From Felis catus (lineage: Eukaryota): a stretch of DNA of 64,000 nt. The stretch spans positions 159,280,001-159,344,000 of the forward strand of contig NC_058368.1 of assembly GCF_018350175.1 (NCBI RefSeq). The letters are read 5' to 3'. The notes beneath the pieces are model-generated. The model searched no databases. It was not told where the DNA came from and worked only from the letters and a program-made list of their open reading frames with translations. Shown here piece after piece: positions 13,696-26,619 of the stretch. The stretch's first letter is position 1; every line of letters starts with the position of its first letter. Both the position numbers and the translations under genes were made by a program.

Positions 13696-15039
13696 TAGAG
13701 TGCAGAGCTGGATGTGTATTTGTAGGTGGAGGGAGAGGAGACAGAAAATTGGACATGAAAAGTATTAGATGGGAGATGGAAAATTGACATGGATGAGTTA
13801 TTGAGGGAATCCATGAAGTAGATCTGGACTTAATCTTAAGGACAATGAGAGAATAGGAACATATTTCAAGCCAAGGAATGCCATGAGCAAATTTTTGTTT
13901 TATAAACAGCACTTGGGCTATGATGTGGGAATGGTTTGGGGAAGGACTAAAGAAGATGAAAGCAATTGAGGAAATATTTACAATAATTCAGGACTTGCAC
14001 AAGTCCTGGAGGCACAACTAATGATTTCTATCTGAGTTTTTATTATAAATAGAATTAGTTTAAGAGATAAGAGAGAATTTTTTTAAACATGCCATATTTG
14101 ACATACTGACAGATGTATTTCCTCACCTTTCAAAATGTGTTTTCTTAAGAATGATTTTACATCCTATTTGCCTGTGATAATTCAAGATGTGTACCTCTTG
14201 TCCCAATACAGTTAAGACCATTCTTTTAGCCTCAGAAGTGAAGTATTTGGTCTTTCTTCCATTATCATATAGTTTTTTAGGTGAAACATTTAATTTCTCT
14301 GGACCAGTTTGTTTTAGTAGCAGGTACAGTCAACTTTACACAAAGGAAATCTTTGCTCCACTAGAAAAGTGTAGGAGTCAAGGATGGTCACCCAAAGTAT
14401 ATGTGTTGTGGCAGCTGGTTATAATTACCCAGCTACTCAGAAGTAATTGGGAATATCTATCAAACTCAGCAGCAATATACCTTTACACACAATTTACAGC
14501 ATGTTTGTTGGTTTAAGCAATAACCCTAGAAGGTTTTGCCTTTCGTTGATTGTACAGAAACACATTGACTCACTTTACAGCTCTTCATATCCCTCCCTTG
14601 TTCACTAAACTCCAGATGTAACTTCTTTGGTCACAGAGATATATAAAGCTGGTTTCTGTTGCAGGAAATTTTCAAGCTTTTTTCTCTGCCTGTGTAATTC
14701 TTCCCCCAGTTTTTACCTACTCACAGCCTTCTCACCCTTCACCTCTGCTCCTAAGTGCTCTTCGGATAGGCCTTCCTTAATAACCTGTACTCACTCACAC
14801 CCAGTCACTCATCTCATTTCCTGTTTTATTTCCTTTATACCCATCTACACTATTCATTGTTCCTTTAATTCACTTGAAATTTTTTTAGCATATTTATTGT
14901 CATTATCTACCATTGTAAGGGAAGTGCCATGACAGGAGGTACCTTGTCAAATGTTTAAGCACCATATTTCCTATATGTACTACATTGCCTAACTCACCAT
15001 AAGAGCTCAATGAACAATAAAATAAAAAGTATGAATTTA

Positions 15040-15235
15040 TACCTGCTCTACCATTTACAAACAATGAAACTTGAAGTAAGTTATTTAACATTTACAAGGC
15101 TCAGCTTTCAAGTATATAAATTAGTGACAATAGTAATACTTTCTTTATAGGGTTGTAAGGTTTTAAAAATAACATTTCACTTAAGACAATTTTTATTCTA
15201 AGTAGCATAAAGAATGTGCTCAATAATTAGCAGGG
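15040..15235 (+). mobile_element. MIR relic
   Basis: aagttatttaac...ctcagcttt...ataaa...ctcaataatt resembles the MIR core. Confidence 0.55.
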
Positions 15236-15981
15236 TTTTTTTTTCACTATTACTTACAGGTAAGAGTAACATCCCACTTCCCTAACACTTTGACATCACT
15301 ATTTGAAAATATAGGAGGGATAGTAGACTTAAGAAAAATTCCTACATGAAGGCTGTAGTAGCAACCTAAGTAACTATATTTGCAGTACTCCAAGTAACTG
15401 CAAAAAGAGTTGCTTTTGCAGTTTTAGAGAATGGCCAATCTCATTATTTTCAGATAGTTCCTTGTGTGATATTTTTAGATCACTTTGTTACATTACATGT
15501 AAGGATATTTGAATGAAGGAATATCTTTCTTTTTACCTTTCAGGCATGTACTAAATTTCCTGCATATAATTTTTATCTTCTATTTTAAAAGAGTCAGCCC
15601 CATTTCCCTCCCACCCCACAGTTTGACAAAATGTATACCGTATTCTTTGGGCAATGAATTCATTTTTCCTATAGTATCTCATTACTTGCTAAGACTCCAG
15701 TGAGTGATGCGTTTGTTATGGCCATCATTCACATTTATGCCAAATGATTCCAATGAAAATTGAAATGGAAAACAGAAGCTTACGAATCTTTATTTTCTTT
15801 ATTTTTAAACACAAACTGCTGTTTTTCCCTAATTGTAATAATATAATTCTTCATTTTATTTCTTAATGGCAGGATGTAACTGATGGAAATAGAGGCTAAT
15901 TTGAATTTAGAGGTGATGGATAGTTTTATAATAATGTGAATGTCAGGCTGTAAACAGTATATTTTTAATCATCACTATCAT

Positions 15982-16185
15982 CAGCACCTGGGTGGCTTAG
16001 TGAATCAAGTCCTGCATTGAGCTCTGTGTTGACATCAGCACAGAGCCTGCTTGGATCATCTCTCACCCTCTCTCTCTGCCCCTCCCTAGCTTATGCATGA
16101 GTGTGTGTTCCCTCTCCCTCCCTCCCTTCCTGTCTCCCTCTCTCTCTCAATAGATACATAGATAGATAGACAAATAAACATTTTA
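15982..16185 (+). mobile_element. Can-SINE, internally deleted and old
   Basis: gcacctgggtggcttag start, CT tract, aataaaca tail. Confidence 0.8.
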
Positions 16186-16599
16186 CAAAAGGACATTGCA
16201 GAAGTTTATTTCTTCTGTAAATTTATTGTGAGATCTCATCTGTCTATATGCATATATTCTCATGTGTGATGTCTTAACCTGTAACAAGAAAATAATAAAC
16301 TTGATCTCTGGAGTGTCCTGAGAATTAGCACCTCAAAAGTATATTATGTTCTTGTGCATACAGTGAAACCCAAAAGGTAAGCAACTCATGCAAAAAGATT
16401 CAGTGAATCAGTGGAAGCAATGTATCAAGCTATGGATTTCTCTAGTCTTTATGTTGTAGGAAAAAATATATATATCAGGTTTTATAAAAGTATTATGCTA
16501 GTGCCACCACTTGAAGATACTGGAGCATCTTCGGAAGGTGAGAGAGGGCAGACTATTAGTGAAATACCAAAGTTAAGTAATCCTGTAGATCATTCACGT

Positions 16600-16652
16600 T
16601 TTCTTTCTTTTCTTTTCTTTTCTTTTCTTTTCTTTTCTTTTCTTTTCTTTCT
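16600..16652. repeat. (TTTTC)n microsatellite
   Basis: Directly visible. Confidence 0.95.
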
Positions 16653-16801
16653 ATAATTCACCTTGTATTCAATAGTTTCAGTCTTTTGAGACAACTAGCT
16701 TTTCCTCTACAGTGAGTGATGAAAGTATCTCTAGCTGTAGTTTAATGAGTATACCAGAGCCTTACAAATCATCACTAATTTCCAAGGACAATATTATCCA
16801 T

Positions 16802-16908
16802 CCTGCCTGCCTCCCTCCTTTCTTCCTTCCTCCTTTCTTCCTTCCTTCTTCCTTCCTTCCTTCCTTCCTTCCTTCCTTCCTTCCTTCCTTCCTTCCTTCC
16901 TTCCTTCA
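16802..16908. repeat. (CCTT)n microsatellite
   Basis: Directly visible. Confidence 0.95.
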
Positions 16909-18394
16909 TCTCTCTTTTTATTTCTTCAACATCCTTGTATCTCAAAGCTTGGATTGTGGCAGAGATTTGCAAGTCTGTCCAAAGTTACTAGAAAAATGAA
17001 GTTGCTCTTCTAGGTGGTGTGAACCTTATAAAGGGGTCAACAAAGAGATAGAAAATGAAGAACAGATTTGTTGAATCATTGTGGCTGATAAAACCTTTCT
17101 TGGGAGCAGAGAATGACGGGCTATGAGACCTAGACAATGCATAACAAATATTAAATTCTGCCAGAAAATCAGCAGAATATATGAACTAGCTTTACAGTAC
17201 AATGAAATTTCAAAGTAAAAATAGTATAGCACCTGTCTTCTCAGCCTCATCTTAAATATATTCTTTCATCAGTATTCCTTAGCTCCTTCTGTGTATGGAG
17301 TCATTCAAATTGGCTTGTTTTTCCCCAATTCTAAGTCTTCTCATATTTTGTACACCCTGCTAATAAGAGTGTTTTCCTTACTCCTTACCTCACACAGATT
17401 AATTCTGCTAGTCTAAACTTAAATGTCATTTCCTTCAAAAAGGAAATGACTAGTCTTTCATATTGCTTCAACTCAAATTGGTCTCTTCATATTTTCACAA
17501 TATATTATGAAATACTTGCCAAATTATAATTATATATTAATTTTATGACCTTTATATCTATACTGTGCTGTAAAACCCACAAAAGTAGGAACCATGTCTA
17601 TTTTGTTAATACCATGCCCTCAGTGTCTGGCATAATTTTTCTCATTTGGAAGATGTTCAATGAATATTTAGGGAAGGGAGTGAGAGAGGATAGGATTTTC
17701 TGTATGTTACCATAAAGGAAATTATAAAATAAGCTATACATTTGCATTTGAGCAAGGAAAAAAAATGTCCTTAATTTAACCACAGATTTTTACATGGAAA
17801 AACATTTATGAAACATATGGGTCATTTACATAATAGAATAATTATTATAACTTCAGATGAAATTTAGTAACTCCAAGAAAAGGGATAACACATATTCATG
17901 AATGTAAAGGTTATTCTTAGCTAGTCAATTTACACATGTATATTATTTTTTGCTTTTGATTTTGCCTAAGGTTCTACCAAAATGGTGATATTCATGTAAA
18001 TAAATCAAAAAGGAGATATTTTGTCCTTTTTGTATTGTTTGAAAATGAAATATGGCTATTTCTACATTTTTATCATTGGTGTTTCAAGATCTATTGTTAG
18101 CTCTTCCATCTCTGCTTTTCTACAATTAGTTTTAACTTTAAAACTGAAACTAATTTTTGTAATTGTCCTAATATTTAGACTCTAAGACCTTATGCATGGA
18201 AAGATTATATCTTCTAATAAAGCTTAATCTCTGAAATATAGTTTTGGATACTGACAGTATAGATCAGTTAATTATAATAATTATTTCATTATCTATCCAG
18301 GCAATAGTTCATCAGCAAAGCTACTGGAGATACTTATAGCAATATTGGCTCACAATTAGCCAGGAAGGAATAATGAATGAGGTGAGGATGAAGC

Positions 18395-18545
18395 CTTGAA
18401 CTCCAGTCAAGGGAATTGAGCTCTAGTGCTAATGCTACCTCCCATGGCTGAGTAACTTTGGAGTAACAGAGTTCAACTCTGTGTCAGTTCTCTCAACAAT
18501 AAAATAAAACACCTGGACTAGATAGAGCCTAAAGTCCCTGTTAGT
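18395..18545 (+). mobile_element. MIR relic
   Basis: tctgtgtcagttctctcaacaataaaat...tggactagat...ctaaagtccc. Confidence 0.5.
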
Positions 18546-19320
18546 TTTAAAACTTCTATATATACTTTTGTTTTTGAAGTGTGTGATGATGACATTTTGC
18601 TATCCTGGGAGACACAATGAAGCATGGCCATTCCCATTCCCTGTACAGCTGTATCATTTTCAAGTCCGTCTCCATGGATAAAACTGTGGGGTATGCCCAC
18701 ATTAGAGGGTGCTATTCCAGTAGATCCTTGGGGGAGTCAAAGGAGAACTTAAAATTTCCTGACTTGCCCTTTAATTCTCAAATGAGAAAACTGCAGTTAC
18801 AGATAGTACGTGCTCAGTATCACATAATGGGCATACAACAGGCCTGAGAATGGAACCCATGGATGACTTCCAGTGTGATTCTCGGTCACAACACTGTCTG
18901 GTTGTAAATGATAATGCTCAGTCTCTTGCTGTGGATTCTCAATTTCTTACTGTAAAATTAGTTTTAGTCCTCTAAAGCCATATGAGTAGAAGGAATTATT
19001 AACAGTCCTCAAAGTATGAGGAAACACAATATGAGATTATAAAAAGATACTGAAATTAGTAATAAGTATGAAATGCACTTTATCAACAAAAATGTACACC
19101 ATCAACAAAAATCAATTACCTAAAGATTATTAGGTTAAAATTATAAGTATATAACATATGGATTTAACACTTTACATTAATCACATGGATTATTCATTAA
19201 CTATTTGCATATTTCCTATTTCTGTAAATCATCTATATATATTGCATCTAATTGTATTTATTGCAATAATTAAATTCTCTGTCTCTTTTACCTAAATTAC
19301 ACATATTTAAATACTATTAT

Positions 19321-19412
19321 GGGACCACCTAGGTGGCTCAGTAGGTTAAGCTTCCATTTTGGCTCAGGTCATGATCTCATGGTTCAGGAGACTGAGCCCC
19401 CCACCCACTAAA
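19321..19412 (+). mobile_element. Can-SINE 5' half only
   Basis: gggaccacctaggtggctcagtaggttaag...ggtcatgatctc; no CT tract. Confidence 0.8.
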
Positions 19413-20184
19413 TAATATTATGAAAAGACACACACACATACATTTTCATTAGCCTGCCTTTCTGGGGTTATTTTGGCTATTTAAAATTTTATCACCCTAC
19501 TCTTCACATTTTAATATATTAATGACTACATTCAGCTTCGTTTAACTTCATTATATAACTTAGAATTTTAACTATTATAACTTAATGTAGTATCTAAATA
19601 TTTTCTGTAAAATTCCTTATAATGTTTTCTAAGTTATTATCCTACATTCTTCTGTCTCTTTGTTGGTCAAAACAATGTATCTCTTTCTTGGGTAGATTTT
19701 AACAGAACGACTCACAAAAATATGTCCAGATGTTTAAATTTAATAAACATTATTAATTTCTATTATATTCCTAAATTAATAAAAGTAGCCCTCAAAAATC
19801 AAAACACTGTTGCTTACTTTCAAATTTCAAAGCAAAATTTTCCCTGGAAAGTAAAAGCAGTTTTCTTTGATTTAAAGGAATAAATTGGAATTATTTTCTC
19901 AATAGGTGGGCAGAAATATAAAATAGGATAAATATTTTTGTTTCTTGGCTTGGTTCACTTTTTTTTTCTTAGTTTGGTTCACTTTTTTTTTCTTTTTGCT
20001 CATTAATGAATTCTTTGAACAATATTTAGTAATATTCTGTTACAAAGTTATATTTGCATATATACTTTAGCTTATTCCTAAAGGGACTTGAGATGACTGC
20101 CATAATTTTTTTCTTCCTTTCCCCTTTGTGATGAAAGTGTATAACATAAATTCTAGAATCTGTATCAGGAATGGAATATCACTT

Positions 20185-20830
20185 ATGTATTCATCAATGA
20201 TTTATTAAGCATATACTATGTACCAACACTGATCTAAGGGTCAGCATCATTTTGAGCAAAATGGGCAAAATCTTCACCTTATTTGGGGAAGGGGTGAGCA
20301 CAGAGAAAGGGAAATAAGGGATTAAAATATGGTGTGATATTATAATAGTCCTTTAGCACTCTACCTAGAGAGACACAGAAATGCTTCTAAAGAAACTAAT
20401 GTCTAAATTGAACCTAGTGGGTGCATAGTCATTACCCGCTTAATTTCAATAAAACATCCAAGGTAGCTGTGAGCAAAAAAGAACAAGAAATGTGCCATAC
20501 ATTTTTACTGACTAAAGTACAGAATATGAAGGAGACTGATAAAAAGGATATTGGAGAGGAATATAGAAATTAATCGTAAAAACTCTTATAAATAGAGCCT
20601 CTTAACAGGTTTTAACTTTGTCATAAGGATAGCAGGAAGCCTTTCAAGTATATAAACATAGAGAGAATTAGTTTATTAAGATTCCTAGTTGTCACAGAAG
20701 TTATCATTGAGGTGGGGTGAGACAATAATAAAGGCATTAACTCCAGTTAGCAGATTATTGGATTAAAATAGTCAAGCGATAGTGGTAATATAGACCAGGG
20801 TAGTGATAAAAAAGGTGAGGAGATGCTTAA
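20185..20830 (-). mobile_element. L2 relic
   Basis: attcatcaatgatttattaagcatatactatgtacca (reverse L2 3' end) followed by purine-rich L2 body. Confidence 0.55.
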
Positions 20831-22197
20831 GAAGAACATCAAGTTTTAGTCAATGCCACTGTTGTCTATGCTAAGTTTGGTTTGGTCAATTCAGTGCCAA
20901 AAAAAAAAAAAATCAGTCAAACCTATTCTTCCACTGCATGACAGAAATGACCACCTAAAATAGCACAGATAACCAAGTACAACTCAATAAATGGGCTCAT
21001 ACAAATGACTACTCTTATGAAGAGACTAGTCACATTACTTCAGAAAAACAAACAGATATGGACTGATTTAATTAGGGCAAATTATATAAATTTGTACAAA
21101 TCCAGTGCATGGTATGAAGGCAAACCCTGCTTCTCATTGCCATCTTAAATTTGCTCATAGTTTTTAATACTTTTTCTACAAGGTATGGCCATGCCTGACC
21201 TTTCTCCTCAAAGACAAGAAGGCTAACAGTATGAACATTGTGTACTGAGCATCAGAGAACTGAATAAGCACTAAAAATGTGATGGAGGGAAAAGATTTGT
21301 TAAATGTTGTGATAGAAAATTAAATAAGGAACCAAAGAAGAACCAAGATGATCAAAGATTGGAGTAGCTATTAGGTCACAGGTGGGAAGTAGGAAGTTAG
21401 AAAAACACATGTTGTTCTTATGAAAGATTTGGTTCTGAAAGTAGAGTTGTAGATCACAAGCTTTAGTCAAGGCAGGTTATAAAGTTTTGAGTTTTGTCAG
21501 TTGTGGGGATTAGTTATGTTTGTGGTCTCAGGGGAAAGAACCAGAAGGAGAGTCTGAAGATAAAGTCTTGATATACTAAGTGGATTATTGTCCTGAATGA
21601 GAATGCAGAGAATAAGATCAAGAAGTAAGAATGTAAATGGTTTGCCATGAAGTGGAGGCTTCCCAAGCCTGCAGAGAAGGAAGCAATGATGGTGAGAATG
21701 GAGATCTCCTTGATCACGTAAAGGGAAGTTGAGGGAGTTTATACCTCACGACATTGATGGCCACTATGTAAATACCCATCTTACAAAATTAACCACTTGT
21801 ACTCAAGTTCAGTAGGAGTCAGAGAATGAACATACACAAGTGTCATTGTCTTCTGATGAATATTGTGGCTTCTCAGATTTAATAGCAAGGGAGAAACAAT
21901 TTTTGCAGCTATTACACAGTTTTTTAAGAGGACTAAAAAGTGAAATAATTTCATAGTGCTGGTTATATGTTATTTTCTGTTACCAAATATTATGAAGTAA
22001 TATATTAGCTGATAGGGAAACAAAGATAATATACATAAATTAATTCAAACTGCCTCACTTCTCAAATTATAGAATATCCAGAGGGTCACAAAGTACCATA
22101 GTATATGCTCCAATTTAATTTCTAATAGCATAATTTTCCAGCTTGGTGTGAAAATGTAAGAGACAGCACTCTTCTTCCATCAAGAGAAGGAAGACTT

Positions 22198-22419
22198 GGG
22201 GCATCTGGGTGGCTCAGTTGGTTAAGCGTCTGACTTCAGCTCAGTTCATGATCTTGTGGTTTGTGGGTTTGAGCCCCGCGTCAGGCTCTGTGCTGACAGC
22301 TCAGAGCCTGGAGCCTGCTTCAGGTTCTGTGTCTCCCTCTCTCTCTCTCTCTCTCTCTCTGCCCCTCCCCTGCTGATGCTCTGTCTGTCTCAGAAATAAG
22401 TAAACATTAAAAAAAAATT
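22198..22419 (+). mobile_element. Can-SINE (SINEC_Fc-like)
   Basis: Full length; TSD agagaaggaagactt at 22183-22197 and 22420-22434. Confidence 0.96.
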
Positions 22420-23469
22420 AGAGAAGGAAGACTTAAAACAGAGAATCAGTATTGGAGTTGGATCAGGGGGGCCAGAAAATCTGGAGGGATTTTCATAACA
22501 TAAACTGCTACTAGAGAATGGCAGAAGTAAACAAACTTGGAGACCTTGGTTCAAACAGAAAAAATAAAGCCATAAAATATTTGAGAATATCCATAATGAT
22601 GCAAAATAAATTTAGTGGGAGTGACAAAAATACAAGTCAAAGAAAGAAAATATCCAAATGAAAATAAAAAAAGAAAAATCTAATTTACACAAATCAATCC
22701 AAAATGGTGAGAGATTTATCTGTTTACATCAAGGAGAAATTTATGGTTATGCAACTTTACCTCCACAAATGATGTGAATGAAAACAACTAAAACTCAAAC
22801 TGATGTCATTCTGATGCTTAACCCAGATTTAATACCATCTCACTTCCCTGGTCTTGTGTACCTATTCCCAGTTTCTAATCAACTTAATATCTTCCTTTGT
22901 TCATTAACCTTGACTACTGGGATCAATTTTCCTCACCAGTGTGGATTACAACATTGTACATATAAAGCAAGAAACTGGAAAAGAAACTTGTCAAAAATCC
23001 CCCAAAATATAAGTGAATAAACTCAAAGGCAAGTAGGTACCTGATAAACATAAATGTGAAGAGGGTAGCCAAACTGGATTTATTTGTTCAGCAATTATAA
23101 ATTTGTTTCTACTTTGTGCTAATTACTGTTTAGGCACAAGATCAGCTGGAGACTTCTGGCTATTCCAGAAAGTAAAGACACTCTCAAAGGCTAATGAATA
23201 TTGTCAAAAGGACAAAGGAGCCAAACTATTTGAACATCAAAAACAATAATGAATGCAATTGATTGTGACAAACTGAATATACAGGAAGTCATTGATCCTA
23301 ATGCTAAACAAGAAAGAAGGCTCTCTTTACCCCTCAAAAACACCAACAGCAACAATAACAACTCATTCTATAGCTAAGGAAATAAGTAGGCACCGATTTC
23401 TTTCTTGGCAATTAACAATTGAAAGAAAATATGCACTTATTCCATTTATCCTTTACAAATTCTTTTTTA

Positions 23470-23824
23470 TTGTAGCCTTTCTTAACTCAGGCTGCTATAG
23501 CAAATTACTATAGATTGGGTGGTTTAAACAACAAACATTTATTTCTCATAGTTGTGAAGTCTGAGATCAAAGTGCTGGCAGGTCTGGTGAGGTCTGGTGA
23601 GGGTAAGTTTCCTTGTTTTCAGATGGCCATCTTCTCCTTGTATCCTTATATTGTGGTGAGTAGAGAGCTCTGGCCTCATCTTATAAGGGCACTAATTTAT
23701 TCATGAGGGTTCTCTGTCATGACTTAATCATCTCCCAACGCTCACCCACCAATATCACCACTTTGGAATTAGATTTCAATATATGATTTGAGAGGAATGG
23801 GACACAAACATTCAGACCATCACA
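23470..23824 (-). mobile_element. MaLR solo LTR (MLT1A-like)
   Basis: ggctgctatagcaaattac...ttaaacaacaaacatttatttctcatagt...cattcagaccatcaca. Confidence 0.8.
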
Positions 23825-24009
23825 TAGGCAACTAGCGCTAGTTTATTTGATGAGGGGACAGTTTTTTTTTTTCTTTTCATGAGATTAAATATAAATTTTG
23901 AAGAAATAGAATCAGAAAACAACCGTTTTGTAACTCCTAATGAAACAATGATTCAGTCATTTATCATTAATTCATTAAAATACTGTGTGAAAGGTTAATC
24001 AGGATCTTT

Positions 24010-24235
24010 ATTTTTCTCTTTTAAGATTATTTATTTATTTTGGGAGAGACAAAGTGCAGGTAGGAGAGGGACAGAAAGAGAGAGAGAGAAAGACAGTGAG
24101 AATCCCAAGCAGGCTCCCAGTTGTCAGGGCAGAGCCCAACAATGAGGCTTGAACTCTCAAAAATGTGAGATCATGACCTGAGCCAAAACCAGAGTCAGAC
24201 ACTTAGCTTAACTGACTGAGCCACCCATGTGCCCC
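24010..24235 (-). mobile_element. Can-SINE
   Basis: SINE body; TSD core aggatcttta. Confidence 0.9.
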
Positions 24236-24383
24236 AATTAGGATCTTTACATGGAATAAGCAGATTGTCACCAACTGAGCCTCTGTAATGTTTGCATCAC
24301 TGAAAATGAAGGTAATACATAGGCAGAGGCCTACAGTTCATATGGTAGGTAAAGTGTAGCATCATTAAAAAACAGGGCAACCA

Positions 24384-24616
24384 GGGGCGCCTGGATGGCT
24401 CAGTCGGTTAAGTGTCCGACTTCGGCTCAGGTCATGATCTCACAGTCTGTGAGTTCGAGCCCCGCGTCGGGCTCTGTGCTGACAGCTCAGAGCCTGGAGC
24501 CCATTTCAGATTCTGTGTCTCCCTCTCTCTCTGCCCCTCCCCTGTTCATGCTCTGTCTCTCTCTGTCTCAAAAATAAATAAACATTAAAAAAAATTAAAA
24601 TAAAATAAAATAAAAT
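24384..24616 (+). mobile_element. Can-SINE (SINEC_Fc), low divergence
   Basis: TSD aaaaacagggcaacc at 24368-24382 and 24617-24631; (taaaa)n tail. Confidence 0.97.
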
Positions 24617-24675
24617 AAAAACAGGGCAACCGGACAGTTTTTCCTAATGTAATGCAATAAAAAAATACACAAGAG

Positions 24676-24885
24676 AGATGCCTGGGTGGCTTAGTCAGCT
24701 GAGCATCTGACTTCAGCTCAGGTCATGATCTCGGGGTCGCTGTTCAAGCCCAATGTTGGGCTCTGTGCTGACATCTCAGCACCTGGAGACTGCTTTGGAT
24801 TTTGTGTCTCCCTTTCTCTCTGCCCATCCTCCACTCATGCTCTCTCAAAAGCAAATAAACATTAAAAGAAATTTAAAAAAAAAGA
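24676..24885 (+). mobile_element. Can-SINE
   Basis: gcctgggtggcttagtcag start, aataaacattaaaa tail. Confidence 0.9.
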
Positions 24886-25299
24886 AATCTTAGTTTAAAA
24901 ACACACACACACAAGAGTTGTAGAGTTTGGTTGCCAAATTTTATTTGAATTTATTTAAGTCTCTAGAGCTAATCTCTACCTACTAGAACTGAAGGGAATA
25001 GAGGAATATTAAACAAAACCCAAACAGAGTAAGCACACTAATCTAGAATGTGGATCAGTCATCTTCATTCTTCATGATACTATCTCGTTTCTGTGACAAA
25101 CTACAGGCATGGGGGACACAAGGAGGCAAGACTGCTTTAGAGAGAAAACATAAAACTAAATAAATAAAATGTATAGAAGTACTTGGAATTTTACTTGAAC
25201 AAACTATAAAAAAAAGTTAGCAAAATTGAAGAAATTTTATTATAGATTGGGTGTAAAATGACAATAGATAATAGTGTTAATTTAAAAGTGTGATAATAT

Positions 25300-25490
25300 A
25301 GGGCTCCTGGGTGGCTCAGTCAGTTAAGGGTCCAACTCTTGATTTCGGCTCAGGTCATGGTCTCATGGTCATGGGTTTGAACCTCACATTAGGCTCTGTG
25401 CTGACAGTGCGGAGCCTGCTTGGCATTCTCTTTCTCCTCTGTTTCCCTCTCTCTCTTCCCCTCCCCCCCAAAATAATAAACTTTTAAAAA
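25300..25490 (+). mobile_element. Can-SINE
   Basis: TSD-like tttaaaagtgtgataatata / tttaaaagtataataatata. Confidence 0.9.
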
Positions 25491-25717
25491 GTTTAAAAGT
25501 ATAATAATATAATGTTTAAGAAAATGTGCTTTTTAAGAGATGCACACTGAGATAGATAAAGGTAATATGCTGTCTATAATTTATTTTAAATTTTTTTAGC
25601 AAAGAAAAAAAAAGCTTAGGTGACAGAGATATAGTAAATCTTGACGGAAGTGATTGGTATATGGGGATGTTGTACTATTCCCATTACCTTTGTGTATATT
25701 TGAAAATATCCATGAAA

Positions 25718-25934
25718 TTTTTTTTTAATTTTTTTAATGTTTATTTATTTTTGAGAGAGAGACAGAATGTGAGTGGGGGAGTGGCAGAGAGAGAGGGAGT
25801 CACAGAATCCAAAGCAGGCTCCAGGCTCTGAGCTGTCAGCACAGAGCCCAGTGAGAGGCTCAAAGTCACAAACCATGAGATCATGACCTGAGCCAAAGTT
25901 GGATGCTTAACCGACTAAGCCACCCAGGCACCCC
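25718..25934 (-). mobile_element. Can-SINE (first of a tandem pair)
   Basis: Full SINE body ending ...cacccaggcacccc. Confidence 0.95.
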
Positions 25935-25950
25935 GAAAATATACGTGGTA

Positions 25951-26172
25951 TTTTTTTATGATGTTTATTTATTTTTGAGAGACAGAGAGAGACAGAGTGT
26001 GAGCTGGGAAGTGTCAGAGAGAGAGAGAGAGAGAGAGAGACACAGAAGCTGAAGAGGCCCCAAGCTCGGAGCTTTCAGCACAGAGTCTGATGCGGGGCTG
26101 AACTCACAAGCTGCGAGATCATGACCTGAGCCGAAGTCGGATGCCTAACCAACTGAGCCACCCAAGCACCCC
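25951..26172 (-). mobile_element. Can-SINE (second of a tandem pair)
   Basis: Full SINE body ending ...cacccaagcacccc. Confidence 0.95.
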
Positions 26173-26619
26173 AAAAATATCCGTGATATTTTTTAAAGTT
26201 TTTATAAAAAATATAGTTAAGACATGAATATGGGCTGGGCATGAGTAGTTGTTATACAAAGTGGATAGATGTAGAAACTATTTAGAAGATAGTCTACAGA
26301 GTTGCTGAAGTAATTAAAAGTTGAGATGGTGAAGGTGAGTGAAACTGAAGAATTGGATTTATTCGATGCTAAATGTGGAGGAGCATATAAATACTGATTA
26401 TAGAACAGTGGTCTCAAGGAAGCAATATCTGATATCCAAAGGACACTGATTTGAACTCTAGCCCTTACTGCATGTGTCATAGGAGGTCAATCAGGCTCTC
26501 CTCCTATTCAGCCTCTCCCACTGTCACAGCTCTGGTTCTGACTTACCCATCAGCAGGTCTCAGATCTGCCTCATCAGTCTGAATTCCATGCTAACTCTTG
26601 ACAGCACCAGTTATCACTC

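Noticed and set aside
19950..19996. Short direct duplications (ttggttcacttttttttt twice; others near 5806, 31270 and 54138)
   Set aside because: Ordinary slippage duplications with no spacer-array organisation.
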